Position numbers and translations under genes: made by a program | Shown here: positions 52,476 through 62,794 of the stretch, piece by piece | Position numbering within the stretch: position 1 is the first letter of the stretch | How the letters are laid out: each line of letters starts with the position of its first letter | Assembly (NCBI GenBank): GCA_963812605.1 | Contig: CAWEWF010000005.1 | Location: 96,001-160,000, forward strand | From: an uncultured Verrucomicrobiae bacterium | GTDB taxonomy: Bacteria; Verrucomicrobiota; Verrucomicrobiia; Palsa-1439 | Direction: 5' to 3' | Length of the DNA: 64,000 nt | Notes under the pieces: generated by a model | Told to the model about the DNA's origin: nothing | The model's input: the letters and a program-made list of their open reading frames with translations, nothing else | Databases searched by the model: none

Positions 52476-53579
52476 TCAAAACCCCACGATCACATCCTTG
52501 CCATAGGTCAGCCCGCCAACTTCAGCGGCCAGCTTGATGATCGTTTTCTTGAGTACGTTGTTGAGATTCGTCGAGACAAGCCAGCCACCCGGTAACGTTT
52601 CGTGAAACTCGCGGAGGTCGGGGCGGTCGGGATAAAGTTCTTCCGGCTTGCGGGCGATGTAGCGGCGTTTGCGGCCTTGGGCATCGGGGTGCTGGGAACA
52701 GCGTTCGAGGAACGTGGGATCGTCCTTGGCGAGTTCGCGGAGGACGATGACCATGGCGTCCTTGGCGTTGTGGTATGGGTACGCTTTGCCGCGAAGGATA
52801 AGTTTGCCGGTGCGCGTGGTTTCGCCATCGGTGCGCGACGCGGCCGGGCGATTGGTTGCCGAACTACTTGGGGCGGTGGTTCTGTCGCGAGATGTATCGA
52901 CAATAACCGATCGGCCCAGTTCGGCAAGGAACTCGGCGACATCGTTGTCGTCAGGCCGGACACCAGCCTTGGATTCGACGGTGCTGGCGAGCATGTCTAC
53001 CAAGTCTTCGTTACCCTTCTCGACAAGTTCGCGCCACGCCTCTGGAATGGCGGCGCAAGCTTGGGTGCGGCGGTTGCGGCTGCGGTATTCTTTGCGGGCC
53101 ACTTCGAGAGCTTCTCCGGATACGACTCGTTCACGCGCCAGATACCTCCGTAGGATTTCGGCGGCCTCGGCGGGTGGGCGCTCAAAGAGATCGAGCTTGT
53201 ACACACGCCGGTCTTCGTAGCTGCCTTGTTCCGTTGGCAAATAGAAGCTCCAAGTTCTGCCGTCGGTCAGTACGATGACTGGCACGCCGGTGTGAAAGGC
53301 GTATTCGAGAGCTTGGCGAACGCCGTCCTCGGCCTTGCCAGGCGGTTTGACTTCAATGAACTCTGCGGGCTTGGAAGGCGGATGGCAAAGGGCAAAGTCG
53401 GCGCGGCCTTCACCCGTCTGGAACTCGGGCCAGACCGAGGTGGTGTTGTAGATGTCCCAGCCCAACTCCTGTAACACACGCAAGACGATGCCTTGGGAGA
53501 CGGCCTGCTCGTTTGGAAACGGACCTTGGCGCAGGCGAGCAACGATGTCGGTGAGTGTTGTTTCAAGGGACACGACCAT
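52476..53579 (-). CDS. HsdR-N-like PD-(D/E)xK nuclease with SeqA-like C-terminal domain
   Basis: NEQAV..LQELGW..PEF..RADFAL..FIEVK..QALEY..LTDGRTW; C-terminus GRKRRYIAR..WLVSTNLN. Confidence 0.75.
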   Translation of the reverse strand: MVVSLETTLTDIVARLRQGPFPNEQAVSQGIVLRVLQELGWDIYNTTSVWPEFQTGEGRADFALCHPPSKPAEFIEVKPPGKAEDGVRQALEYAFHTGVPVIVLTDGRTWSFYLPTEQGSYEDRRVYKLDLFERPPAEAAEILRRYLARERVVSGEALEVARKEYRSRNRRTQACAAIPEAWRELVEKGNEDLVDMLASTVESKAGVRPDDNDVAEFLAELGRSVIVDTSRDRTTAPSSSATNRPAASRTDGETTRTGKLILRGKAYPYHNAKDAMVIVLRELAKDDPTFLERCSQHPDAQGRKRRYIARKPEELYPDRPDLREFHETLPGGWLVSTNLNNVLKKTIIKLAAEVGGLTYGKDVIVGF

Positions 53580-53848
53580 GCCCAGTCATATAGACGCTCT
53601 GGAACAGAGCTGGCAAGCAAATCCAGCGGCATATAACGAAGTTGGTTGGCTTCGGAAGCAAATGGCGTCACCACTGTATTCGTTGAAGAACTTGCCTTTA
53701 TTGCCGTAAACCTTTCCATCAGCAACAATCCGGCATCCCGCCCCACTTCGCATTCTTCGTGTCTGCTTCGTGCAATTCGTGGTGCCGCGTCGCCGGTGTT
53801 GACAGCGCCACTGTTATCGGGCGATACAGCGGGGGAGATTCGTTTCTG

Positions 53849-54800
53849 ATGACATTCAAGGTGGTCACAATTGTTTTTGCTTTGGGGATCGGGCTGGTCC
53901 TGTTCACGTCTTCGCGCGCCAGCGCGGCTACGGCGAACTGGGAGGATGCGTTGGGACAGTTCGATGAATCAGTGCTGACGAACCTCGATTTGTTCGCGTT
54001 GCCTTCGTTGACGAATCTCGACGAGGCGCAATTGCAGGCGATGTGTCGCGAGTTGCAGAAGCGGTTCCAGGGCCAGTACGTCATGGAACTCGCCCCGTTG
54101 CGGGAAGTGGCGAGCGCGACGTTGCCGCTCCTGGATCAGCACGCGGAAACGCAGCCGTATGCGGCCTGGTTGCGCACCCGGCTCGATTACCTCGCGGTGG
54201 CCGACACCCTGAAGATCGCCATTCCACCACCGAATCTGGAATTGCGACCGTCGCCAACACCGAAATCCCGGGCCGATCGTGGAACGCCGCGCCTGGGAAA
54301 AACGCCTGCAATTGGAGGATTTGCCGTCGGGCGCTCTGATCTACGTCGCGCAACTCAAGCCGATCTTCGTGGCGGAAGGCGTTCCTCCCGAATTGGTCTG
54401 GCTGGCGGAAGTGGAATCGGGGTTCGACACGCTGGCGCGAAGTCCGATTGGCGCGGCGGGTTTGTTCCAGCTAATGCCGGAAACCGCGAAGTCGCTGGGG
54501 CTGGCGTTGTTCCCGTGGGACCAGCGTCTCCAACCCGAAAGAAACGGGCGCGCCGCCGCGCGGTATTTGAAGAATCAGTACAATGAATTCGGCGATTGGC
54601 GGTTGGCCCTCGCGGCTTACAATGCGGGGGAGGGCACCGTGAGCCGCCTCCTGGCAAAGTACGCGGCGCGCAGCTACGACGAGATTGCAGTACACCTTCC
54701 GGCCGAGACCCAGATGTATGTTCCCAAAGTCGAAGCCACGATCCTGCGGCGCGAAGGCATTGTCTTGGAGAAGTTAAAACCGCCCCAATCCGAACGGTGA
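53849..54800 (+). CDS. Lytic transglycosylase, SLT/MltD-like (frameshift ~54260-54280)
   Basis: LAEVESGF, GAAGLFQLMP, LALAAYNAGEG, ETQMYVPK. Confidence 0.88.
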
Positions 54801-54865
54801 CGAGGCGCGTGCGCCAATAGTTGTGTAACAATCATCCCTTTACAATCGGATTGCTTGCAGTCGAT

Positions 54866-54963
54866 CCCCTCACCTTCATCCTCTCCCCCGGAGGGGAGAG
54901 GAAAGCACTATGCCATTTTCATGGTACCCCCTCTCCCCTTGAGGGAGAGGGTAGGGTGAGGGG
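54866..54963. repeat. Inverted pair of CCCCTCACC..CTCTCCC..GGGAGAGG repeats
   Basis: cccctcaccttcatcctctcccccggaggggagagg / cccctctccccttgagggagagggtagggtgagggg. Confidence 0.85.
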
Positions 54964-55011
54964 TGTCGTCGTTTCTCAGCGCGACTGTAAAGTCACAACT
55001 GTTACAGAACT

Positions 55012-55471
55012 CTAATGCGCCGTCGTACCCGGCTTCTTCGGCCGGCCTGAATCGGTAAGCGCCTTGACGAGAGGCTGGCCGCCGGGAGCTGGGACGAACA
55101 TGATTTCCACCTGGTCGCCATTGCGCAGGTCGCTGACGGTTGCCTTGGGCTTGCCGACGACCGTGATCGTGGAGTTCTTGTCGATCCGGAAAGTTTTCGT
55201 GACGTACTGAATCATTTTCTGGCTGCTCGTGCCGCCGCTCTGCGTGCCCGGAAGAGGGGACCTCAGGCTTCGGGCCGCGAACGGTCACCGTGCCCTGCAT
55301 TCCATCCGAATCCGCGCTTTGGACGAGGCCGGTGAACATCGCCGGCTCGGCACCCACCGGTGATGAATTCGGCGCAGGCGGCTGGCGCATGATGGTTTGC
55401 GCGCGGACCGGCAATGCGATCAACAGCGCAATGGCCAGGGCGGTAAGTGTCGTCGTAGAAATATTCTTCAT
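55012..55471 (-). CDS. Small secreted OB-fold-like hypothetical protein (frameshift ~55215-55260)
   Basis: Signal peptide in the upstream frame; KTFRIDKNSTI..SDLRNGDQVEI in the downstream frame; GGAGG RBS. Confidence 0.55.
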
Positions 55472-55689
55472 ATTGTCATCCCTCCTGCCGGACGCCGATC
55501 ACAAAAACACCAAGCTTGTGCAAAAGTAGCGCAGGCTCTACCCTCCGTCGATACTCGTCGATGGAGACGATGTCAAGAAGCGATGGACGCGAGCGTAGTT
55601 GCAGTCTCGCATTGACATGAGGGCGAGGATTTGAGATGGCGGTGCGCGCAGCCAGCCTTCTAAAACGAAGAGGAATCGCGGGAGATTTG

Positions 55690-56721
55690 ATGAAGAGATA
55701 CAAACGGGCGGGTGACATCAAAGTGGGCGTCGTCGGTTACGGCGGCGCGTTTAACATGGGCCGGGCGCATCTGCAGGAAATGCAGAAGGCGGGCATGACC
55801 CCGACGGCCGTGGCCGAGATCGATCCCGCGCGTCTTGCCGTCGCCACCCGGGATTTCCGGGACATCGAGACGTATTCATCCCTCTCCGCGATGCTCAAGA
55901 AATCGGCGGTGGATCTCGTCACCGTCATCACGCCGCACAATACGCACGCTCCGCTCGCGCTTCGCGCCCTGAAAGCGGGACGGCACGTGGTTTGCGAAAA
56001 GCCGATGGCGATCACCACCGCGGAATGCGACGCGATGATTGCGGCCGCAAAAAAAAGCGGCGTCGTGCTCTCCACGTATCACAATCGCCATTGGGACGGC
56101 CCGATTCGGAACGCCGTCCAGCATCTCCGTTCCGGCCTGATCGGCGACGTGGTGCGCGTCGAGGCCCATTGGGGTTCCCGCAGCAAACCCGGCGATTGGT
56201 GGCGCACCAGCAAGTCGATCTCCGGCGGCATCCTCTACGATTGGGGTGTGCACCTGCTGGAATACAGCCTCCAGATTATCCGCTCGAACATCGTCGAGGT
56301 CACGGGCTACGCCCAGAACGGTTACTGGGCCCCGCAAACGAAATGGAAAAAGGATGCCAACGAGGATGAGGCGTTCGCCAGTGTGCGCTTTCGCGATGGC
56401 CAGTGGCTGACGCTGTTGATTTCCACGCTCGAATCGAATCCCCGCCGCGGCTTCCTCGATATCACTGGTACTGAAGGCTCGTACGTGCTCGACTGGACGT
56501 TCAACGAATGCTTCCGTCAGAACGGCGGCGACACGAAGATCCGGAGGTTCCGGAATCCCCCGGGCGAAGGCTGGCGCTTTTACCAGAATATCGCCGACCA
56601 CCTCACCAAAGGCGCCCAATTGGTCATCACCCCCGAATGGGCCCGCCGCCCCATCCATATTCTCGAGTTGGCTGGTCAAAGCGCGCGCAAGCGCACGGCG
56701 CTCCCCGCAAAGTACAAGTGA
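55690..56721 (+). CDS. Gfo/Idh/MocA oxidoreductase
   Basis: VGVVGYG, HVVCEKPMA, YHNRHWD, GGILYDWGVH. Confidence 0.92.
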   Translation: MKRYKRAGDIKVGVVGYGGAFNMGRAHLQEMQKAGMTPTAVAEIDPARLAVATRDFRDIETYSSLSAMLKKSAVDLVTVITPHNTHAPLALRALKAGRHVVCEKPMAITTAECDAMIAAAKKSGVVLSTYHNRHWDGPIRNAVQHLRSGLIGDVVRVEAHWGSRSKPGDWWRTSKSISGGILYDWGVHLLEYSLQIIRSNIVEVTGYAQNGYWAPQTKWKKDANEDEAFASVRFRDGQWLTLLISTLESNPRRGFLDITGTEGSYVLDWTFNECFRQNGGDTKIRRFRNPPGEGWRFYQNIADHLTKGAQLVITPEWARRPIHILELAGQSARKRTALPAKYK

Positions 56722-56886
56722 TAGCGGCTGGCCTGCTTCACCTATACCGCAGATGGTGAAGCGGTTGGCACGGTAAATTGGCGTTTTCCCGCGCCTTGAT
56801 GGCAGCCCTCATTTTTCTCTTTTCAATGCACCGGGGGTTCTGTAGCCTCTCCGCGACCCACCCGTATCAGGAGGATTAAGTAGCTT

Positions 56887-59475
56887 ATGATGACAGCAAT
56901 GAATCGTGCTATGAATCGAATTACCAAGGGCAATTCGCGCCTCAAGGTGTTCATCACCTTGACGATGTGTGTGCTCACCCTGCTGGCGGCGAATTGGGCG
57001 CGGGCCCAAGAGAAAGCCACTGCATTGCTGGAAACGGCGGCGGGCCAGGTTCCCAAGGAATTCCACTTCTTCGCCTTCATGACCAGCAGCGACTATTCGC
57101 AAATGGAAAAGTATGCGCTCTGGGCTGTGCTCTGCGTGGCGTTCGCCGGATTGGGCTACGCCCTCATGCTCGTGGGGCAGGTCAAGAATGCCGACCAGGG
57201 CACCCCGAAGATGCAGAAGGTGGCCGCGGCCATTCGCGCGGGTGCCGAAGCGTACCTCGGCCAGCAGTTCCGCAAGATTGTCGTGTTGATTGTGATCCTG
57301 ACGGTCGTGCTGTTTTTGACGGCGTTGAGCGAACCGATGCCGGTGGCGGTGGGGCGCGCGGTCGCGTTTCTGATCGGATCGCTCTTTAGTTTCACGGTGG
57401 GTTTCGTGGGCATGCGTTTTGCCACCCTCGGAAATTTACGGGTGGCGGCGGCGGCCCGGACTTCGTTCGGGGGGGCGCTGCAGGTCGGGTACCGCACCGG
57501 CACGATTACCGGCATGTTGACGGACGGCCTGGGGCTGCTCGGCGGCACATTGATTTTCATGGCGTACGGCGACCACGCGTATGAAGTCCTGCTGGGTTTC
57601 GGTTTTGGCGGCACGTTGATCGCGCTGTTCATGCGTGTCGGCGGCGGTATCTACACGAAGGCGGCGGACGTGGGCGCGGATCTCGTCGGCAAGGTTGAGA
57701 AGGACATTCCGGAAGACGACCCGCGCAATGCGGCGACCATCGCCGACAACGTCGGCGACAATGTCGGCGACTGCGCCGGTATGGCGGCGGACATTTTTGA
57801 GTCGTACGAAGTCACCATCGTGGCCGCGATGATTCTCGGCTACGCCTCCTTTGGCCACAAGGGGGTAATCTTTCCGCTCTTGGTGCGCGCCATCGGCGTC
57901 ATCGGCTCGATTATCAGCACCTACAGCGTGCGCTCGAAGGAAGGTGATTCGGGTGACGCGGCGCTGGATTCAGTCCATCGCGGTTTCTTGATCGGCTCGG
58001 TGATCAGTGTCGTGGGTTTCTTTCTGGTCGGGTTGTTTTATCTGCGATTCGACGCGCACTATCTGTTGCAGTACCCACAAGCAGCGGCGGGATACCCGGG
58101 TGGCGTGAACGCGCTGCCGGGCTGGATCAACTTCGGACAGCCCGGTTTGGATTTGCGGCCCGCGTGGACCTGCTTGATCGGTGTATTTTTGGCGGTGGCG
58201 CTGAACAAGTGCACCAGCTACTTCACGCACACCACGCACGCCCCGGTCAAGTCCATGGTCAAAGCCTGCCAGACGGGTCACGCGACCAATATCATCCAGG
58301 GGTTTGCGGTGGGTTATGAATCCACCGTGTGGGCGGTCATCATCATCGCGATCGCAATTGGCGCCTCGGTCGGTATTTACTCCGGCACGTCACCAATCTT
58401 CGTGGCGTACGGCGTGGCCATGTGCGGCATCGGCATGTTGACGCTCACCGGCAATACGATCTCGATGGACGTATTTGGTCCCGTGGCCGACAACGCCAAC
58501 GGCATCGGTGAAATGGGTTATGACAAGACCGAGATGGGCGAGCAGAAATACAAGCAGGCCCGACAGATCCTGGCCGACCTCGACTCGGTTGGCAACACCA
58601 CCAAAGCGGAGACCAAAGGCATCGCCATCGGCTCGGCGGTGATCGCGGCCGTGTCGCTCTTTGCGAGTTTCATCGCCGTCATGGCGATGGGCAGCGAAGA
58701 GCGAATCAGCGAAATGACCACCGCGCAATACAACAACGTGGCCGGCATGCTCACGGTTGCCAATCCAACGTTGTTCATCGGCTTGCTGCTCGGTGGCGCG
58801 GTGCCGTTCCTGTTCAGTTCGATGACGATTCGCGCCGTCGGGCGCGCGGCGTTTCTCATCGTGAAAGAATGTCGTCTGCAATTCCGCGACAAGGAAATCT
58901 GGGCCGGAACGAAGACGCCGGATTACGCTCGCGTCGTCGGCATTTGCACCACGGCGGCGCAGAAGGAACTGATCGGCCCCGGTTTGCTGGCGATCATGGC
59001 GCCCTTGGCGGTGGGCTTCCTGCTCGGTCCGCTGGCGCTGGCCGGCTTCCTGGCGGGCATGATTCTCGTCGGACAATTGCTGGCCGTGTTCATGGCCAAT
59101 GCCGGTGGCGCCTGGGACAACGCGAAGAAGTTGATCGAAGACGAGCCGCGCGATCTTGCCAAGAATACGGGCAAAGGCTCCGAACGTCACAAGGCAGCGG
59201 TCACCGGCGACACAGTCGGCGATCCGCTGAAGGACACCGCCGGCCCGGCCATCAATCCGCTCATCAAGGTCATGAACATGGTGAGCTTGCTGCTCTTGCC
59301 GCTCGTGCTCAAGTTCCACGCCGTCCCCGGCGTGGAAGGCACGGGACAAAAGCCTTTTGCGATTGCGGTCGTCATTGCCGTGTTGGCCCTGTCGGCCATC
59401 GCATGGGCCGTGAACAAGTCCAAGACCGACTCGCCGGAAATGGCGGAGATGGAAAAGGAATTCGAAACCGCCTAG
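56887..59475 (+). CDS. hppA: Membrane-bound ion-pumping pyrophosphatase (K+-independent signature)
   Basis: GGGIYTKAADVGADLVGKVE, EDDPRN, DNVGDNVGD, GNTTKA, GGAWDNAKK, GDTVGDPLKDT. Confidence 0.96.
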   Translation: MMTAMNRAMNRITKGNSRLKVFITLTMCVLTLLAANWARAQEKATALLETAAGQVPKEFHFFAFMTSSDYSQMEKYALWAVLCVAFAGLGYALMLVGQVKNADQGTPKMQKVAAAIRAGAEAYLGQQFRKIVVLIVILTVVLFLTALSEPMPVAVGRAVAFLIGSLFSFTVGFVGMRFATLGNLRVAAAARTSFGGALQVGYRTGTITGMLTDGLGLLGGTLIFMAYGDHAYEVLLGFGFGGTLIALFMRVGGGIYTKAADVGADLVGKVEKDIPEDDPRNAATIADNVGDNVGDCAGMAADIFESYEVTIVAAMILGYASFGHKGVIFPLLVRAIGVIGSIISTYSVRSKEGDSGDAALDSVHRGFLIGSVISVVGFFLVGLFYLRFDAHYLLQYPQAAAGYPGGVNALPGWINFGQPGLDLRPAWTCLIGVFLAVALNKCTSYFTHTTHAPVKSMVKACQTGHATNIIQGFAVGYESTVWAVIIIAIAIGASVGIYSGTSPIFVAYGVAMCGIGMLTLTGNTISMDVFGPVADNANGIGEMGYDKTEMGEQKYKQARQILADLDSVGNTTKAETKGIAIGSAVIAAVSLFASFIAVMAMGSEERISEMTTAQYNNVAGMLTVANPTLFIGLLLGGAVPFLFSSMTIRAVGRAAFLIVKECRLQFRDKEIWAGTKTPDYARVVGICTTAAQKELIGPGLLAIMAPLAVGFLLGPLALAGFLAGMILVGQLLAVFMANAGGAWDNAKKLIEDEPRDLAKNTGKGSERHKAAVTGDTVGDPLKDTAGPAINPLIKVMNMVSLLLLPLVLKFHAVPGVEGTGQKPFAIAVVIAVLALSAIAWAVNKSKTDSPEMAEMEKEFETA

Positions 59476-59496
59476 GGAATTTCAAGCAGTTTGAGC

Positions 59497-59529
59497 AGGG
59501 GCGCGGCGATACCGCGCCCCTTTTCTTTT
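59497..59529 (+). terminator. Rho-independent terminator of hppA
   Basis: aggggcgcgg-cgata-ccgcgcccct followed by a U-rich tail. Confidence 0.9.
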
Positions 59530-59575
59530 GCGGAGGAGATTGCGCGTCCGTGCCCGCCTGCGGTATGCTCACATC

Positions 59576-60244
59576 ATGCATCGCACACAGGCCGCGCTTC
59601 TTGTTTTTTTGATGATCACGCTGTTGGGTGCCGGCTGCGCCAGCGGGCCTTCGCCGCGACGAAGTGGCTACGAAGGCGGGTCGCGCCCGATTGCCTGGGA
59701 CAGGCTGCCATTCCCGAAGGACTCGGACTGGCCCGGCTCGAAGGGCGAGCCGGCGACCATTGAGGCCGACACGCTGGTACTCCAGGGACAACAAGTGCGC
59801 GCCAACCGAACGTACCAGCTCCCGCTGACCATCGATTTTGACGTTGAGGTCGCTAAAGGCGCTGTTCCCGACGGTGGATTCCTTTTTGAGTTTGCACCCA
59901 CGAACTCACCCGCCGACGTAAATTTGCCTTTGGGGACCACGCTAGGTCTTAGCTACCGCACTCCGACAGCAGCGTCAGTCGGAAGTTCCGGGGCATTGTT
60001 GGTCTACGTGAAGGATAGTCCAGCGCCCGCCCGGGCCGTCTGGGGTCCGGTTCCTTTCGCCTGCGAGGAAGGGCAGTTCCATCACTTCCACATCGAAGCT
60101 CGAGTCGATGGATTAAGCATTGCCACCGACCACCAGGGAGCCGAGCAGATAGCGGTTACAATCCCTTACGGCAAGCTCTTGATCCAAATGCACGGCTGGA
60201 AGCCGCCGAGCCGTTGGCTCGTGCGCAATTTCACGATCCACTGA
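59576..60244 (+). CDS. Hypothetical lipoprotein, jelly-roll-like
   Basis: Lipobox LGAGC; beta-rich, FHHFHIE. Confidence 0.55.
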   Translation: MHRTQAALLVFLMITLLGAGCASGPSPRRSGYEGGSRPIAWDRLPFPKDSDWPGSKGEPATIEADTLVLQGQQVRANRTYQLPLTIDFDVEVAKGAVPDGGFLFEFAPTNSPADVNLPLGTTLGLSYRTPTAASVGSSGALLVYVKDSPAPARAVWGPVPFACEEGQFHHFHIEARVDGLSIATDHQGAEQIAVTIPYGKLLIQMHGWKPPSRWLVRNFTIH

Positions 60245-60288
60245 GCCGGGGACTTGACCGCGATGCGCGGCTCGCCGATGATGGGCGG

Positions 60289-61083
60289 ATGCGCGTCACG
60301 TTTTTGGGCACTGGTACAAGCCATGGCATTCCGATGATCGGGTGCGACTGCGTCGTCTGCCGTTCCGATAATCCGCGCAATCACCGTTTGCGGCCCTCCG
60401 TCTACATCGAGAATGGCGACCAGTGTCTGCTCGTGGATGCCGCGCCGGATTTTCGCACGCAGGCGTTGCGCGCGAACATTCGGCGGGTCGATGCGGTGCT
60501 GATGACGCACACGCATGCTGATCATGTCCTGGGGCTTGATGACTTGCGCGTGTTCTGCCAGCGCACCGGACGAAAAATGCCCGTCTACGGTTCACCGCAT
60601 TCCATCGAAGTGATCCGAAAAATGTTTTCCTACGCCTGCACAGAAACGCCCGCGTGGCCGGGTTTGCCGAGTTTTGAATTGCACACGCTGCAGCCCAATG
60701 AGCAAAAGGAGATTGCGGGAGCGCAGGTTCGCGTGCTGCCGCTTCAGCATGGGGGGATGACGGTCTATGGTTTTCTGTTCGGTCGCGATTTGGCCTACGT
60801 GACGGACTGCAACGAGGTACCCAGCGACGTGATCGAGGCCGTGCACGGTGTGACGGTGCTGGTGCTCGATGCGTTGCGGCATCGCCCGCACCCGACGCAC
60901 CTGACGATTGATCAGGCGCGCGAGGTGGCGGGGCAGGTGGGCGCGAAGTTGACGCTGTTCACGCACCTGTGCCATGAGGCGGAGCATGAAGCCGTCGAGA
61001 AAGAGCTGCCGCCGCAGGTGCGCGTGGCCTACGATGAAATGCAAATCGAGGTGGCCGATGGCGAAGCGCGTCAGTTGGCTTGA
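60289..61083 (+). CDS. PhnP-like metallo-beta-lactamase-fold hydrolase
   Basis: FLGTGTSHGIPMIGC.C.VC, THTHADH, AYVTD, FTHLCH. Confidence 0.92.
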   Translation: MRVTFLGTGTSHGIPMIGCDCVVCRSDNPRNHRLRPSVYIENGDQCLLVDAAPDFRTQALRANIRRVDAVLMTHTHADHVLGLDDLRVFCQRTGRKMPVYGSPHSIEVIRKMFSYACTETPAWPGLPSFELHTLQPNEQKEIAGAQVRVLPLQHGGMTVYGFLFGRDLAYVTDCNEVPSDVIEAVHGVTVLVLDALRHRPHPTHLTIDQAREVAGQVGAKLTLFTHLCHEAEHEAVEKELPPQVRVAYDEMQIEVADGEARQLA

Positions 61084-62737
61084 AATCGGACTGTGGTTCG
61101 CGGTGTTTGTGGCGCTGGTCCTGCCCTTCGTCGCGCGCGCGGATGACCTGGCAAAGCGCGTGGTGATTGTCTACAACACGGACGACCCGGAGAGCAAACC
61201 ACTCGCGGATTACTATGCCCGCAAACGCGGCGTGCCAACCAACCAGATTTGCGGGATCAGCATTCGTGTCGGGGAAACAATCTCGCGCCAGGAGTTCAAT
61301 GACAAAGTTCGCGATCCGATCTGGCGCTTCCTTACTCACGAAGGGTTTCTCCGGCAGGAGCCGGGAACGGTCATGGACCCGGTGCTCGGCAAGGTTCCCT
61401 CGTTGGTCACCGTCAACGCGCGCGTGTCGTATCTTGTGCTGATGTATGGCATGCCGTTGCGGATCGAGAAGGGTCCTCCTATTCGCGAGAATGGTGTCGA
61501 TAAAGCGCCGACACCCTATCAGCGGGACGAAGCCTCTGTTGAAAGCGAACTCGCCACCCTGCCCTCGACAGGCCTGCCGATCGCGGGACCGCTTCGCAAT
61601 CCATTCTTTGGCAGCACCCAGGCGGAATTCGGGCCGCCATTGAACAAGGCGATGCTGCTGGTCGGCCGCCTCGATGGGCCCGACCCCCAGACTGTGCGGC
61701 GGATGATCGACGATGCCTTGACCGCCGAGCATTATGGATTGCAGGGGCGCGCCTATTTCGATGCGCAGGGCACACACGACCCGGGCTACGCAATAGGCGA
61801 CGATTGGATCCGGAACGCCTGGCACGCTTTTCAAGAAGCGGGATACGAGTGTGATTACGACGAGCGTCCCGAGACCTTCCCGCAAGATTACCCGATGACG
61901 GACGTGGCGGTGTACGCGGGCTGGTACTCGCCGGACATGGTGGGGCCATTTCTCCGGCCCGATTTCCATTTCCAACCCGGCGCGATCGCTTATCATATTC
62001 ATTCGTGGAGTGGCTGGACGGTGCGGACGCGCACCGCGGCCTGGGTTGGGCCGCTCTTGTCGAAGGGGGCGGCGGCGACGATGGGCAATGTGTACGAGCC
62101 GTACCTAACGCTCACACCGCACATCGATATGTTTTTCAAGCGGCTCCTGGCCGGCGCGCCGTTTCTGGAGGCCGCTTACTACAGCGAGGCGGCGTTGAGC
62201 TGGCAGACGACGTTCGAGGGCGACCCGCTCTATCGGCCCTTTGCCGCTTCGCTGGACGAGCAGATTCAGCGGCTGGAGGCCGACCACAAACCGGAGGTTG
62301 AATGGGCCTACTTGCGAAGGATCAACTTGCTGCTCGCGCAAAATGGGACCACGGAGGCGGAGGAGCTTTGTCGCGACAAAGCCGAAGAATTGCGCAGTGC
62401 GGTGCTTTACGAAAAGTTAGGTGACATACTGCACGCCGCGCGCCGCGAACGGGAGGCCATCGAGGCTTACGGCAAGGCGGACGAGAAGCCCGCCGATCCG
62501 TACCGCGATATTCGGGTGGCCACAAAAATGGCGGCGGCGTATATCGCGCGCAAGGAGACAGCGCAGGCGTTGGCCATTTACGAGAGACTGGGCAACGCCT
62601 ATCCGAGCCACCACAATGTGGCCGAGTTCTACCAGCGCGCGCGCGACCTGGCGCGGGCGCTGGGGGACGAAATGAAGGCAAAAACCTGGCAGGCGAAAAT
62701 CGACCAGTTGCCACCCGCCCCGCCAGAAAAGAAGTGA
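61058..62737 (+). CDS. TIGR03790-like exported protein with C-terminal TPR
   Basis: VVIVYN..LADYYARKRGVP, ASVESEL, LVGRLDGP, YAGWY, GAIAYHIHS, GNVYEPYL, GDPLYRPF. Confidence 0.85.
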   Translation: MAKRVSWLEIGLWFAVFVALVLPFVARADDLAKRVVIVYNTDDPESKPLADYYARKRGVPTNQICGISIRVGETISRQEFNDKVRDPIWRFLTHEGFLRQEPGTVMDPVLGKVPSLVTVNARVSYLVLMYGMPLRIEKGPPIRENGVDKAPTPYQRDEASVESELATLPSTGLPIAGPLRNPFFGSTQAEFGPPLNKAMLLVGRLDGPDPQTVRRMIDDALTAEHYGLQGRAYFDAQGTHDPGYAIGDDWIRNAWHAFQEAGYECDYDERPETFPQDYPMTDVAVYAGWYSPDMVGPFLRPDFHFQPGAIAYHIHSWSGWTVRTRTAAWVGPLLSKGAAATMGNVYEPYLTLTPHIDMFFKRLLAGAPFLEAAYYSEAALSWQTTFEGDPLYRPFAASLDEQIQRLEADHKPEVEWAYLRRINLLLAQNGTTEAEELCRDKAEELRSAVLYEKLGDILHAARREREAIEAYGKADEKPADPYRDIRVATKMAAAYIARKETAQALAIYERLGNAYPSHHNVAEFYQRARDLARALGDEMKAKTWQAKIDQLPPAPPEKK

Positions 62738-62794
62738 CAACCCCGCGCGCCTTTGCTATCAAGGGATGCAAGGAATCGGCAGAGGCCAATATCG

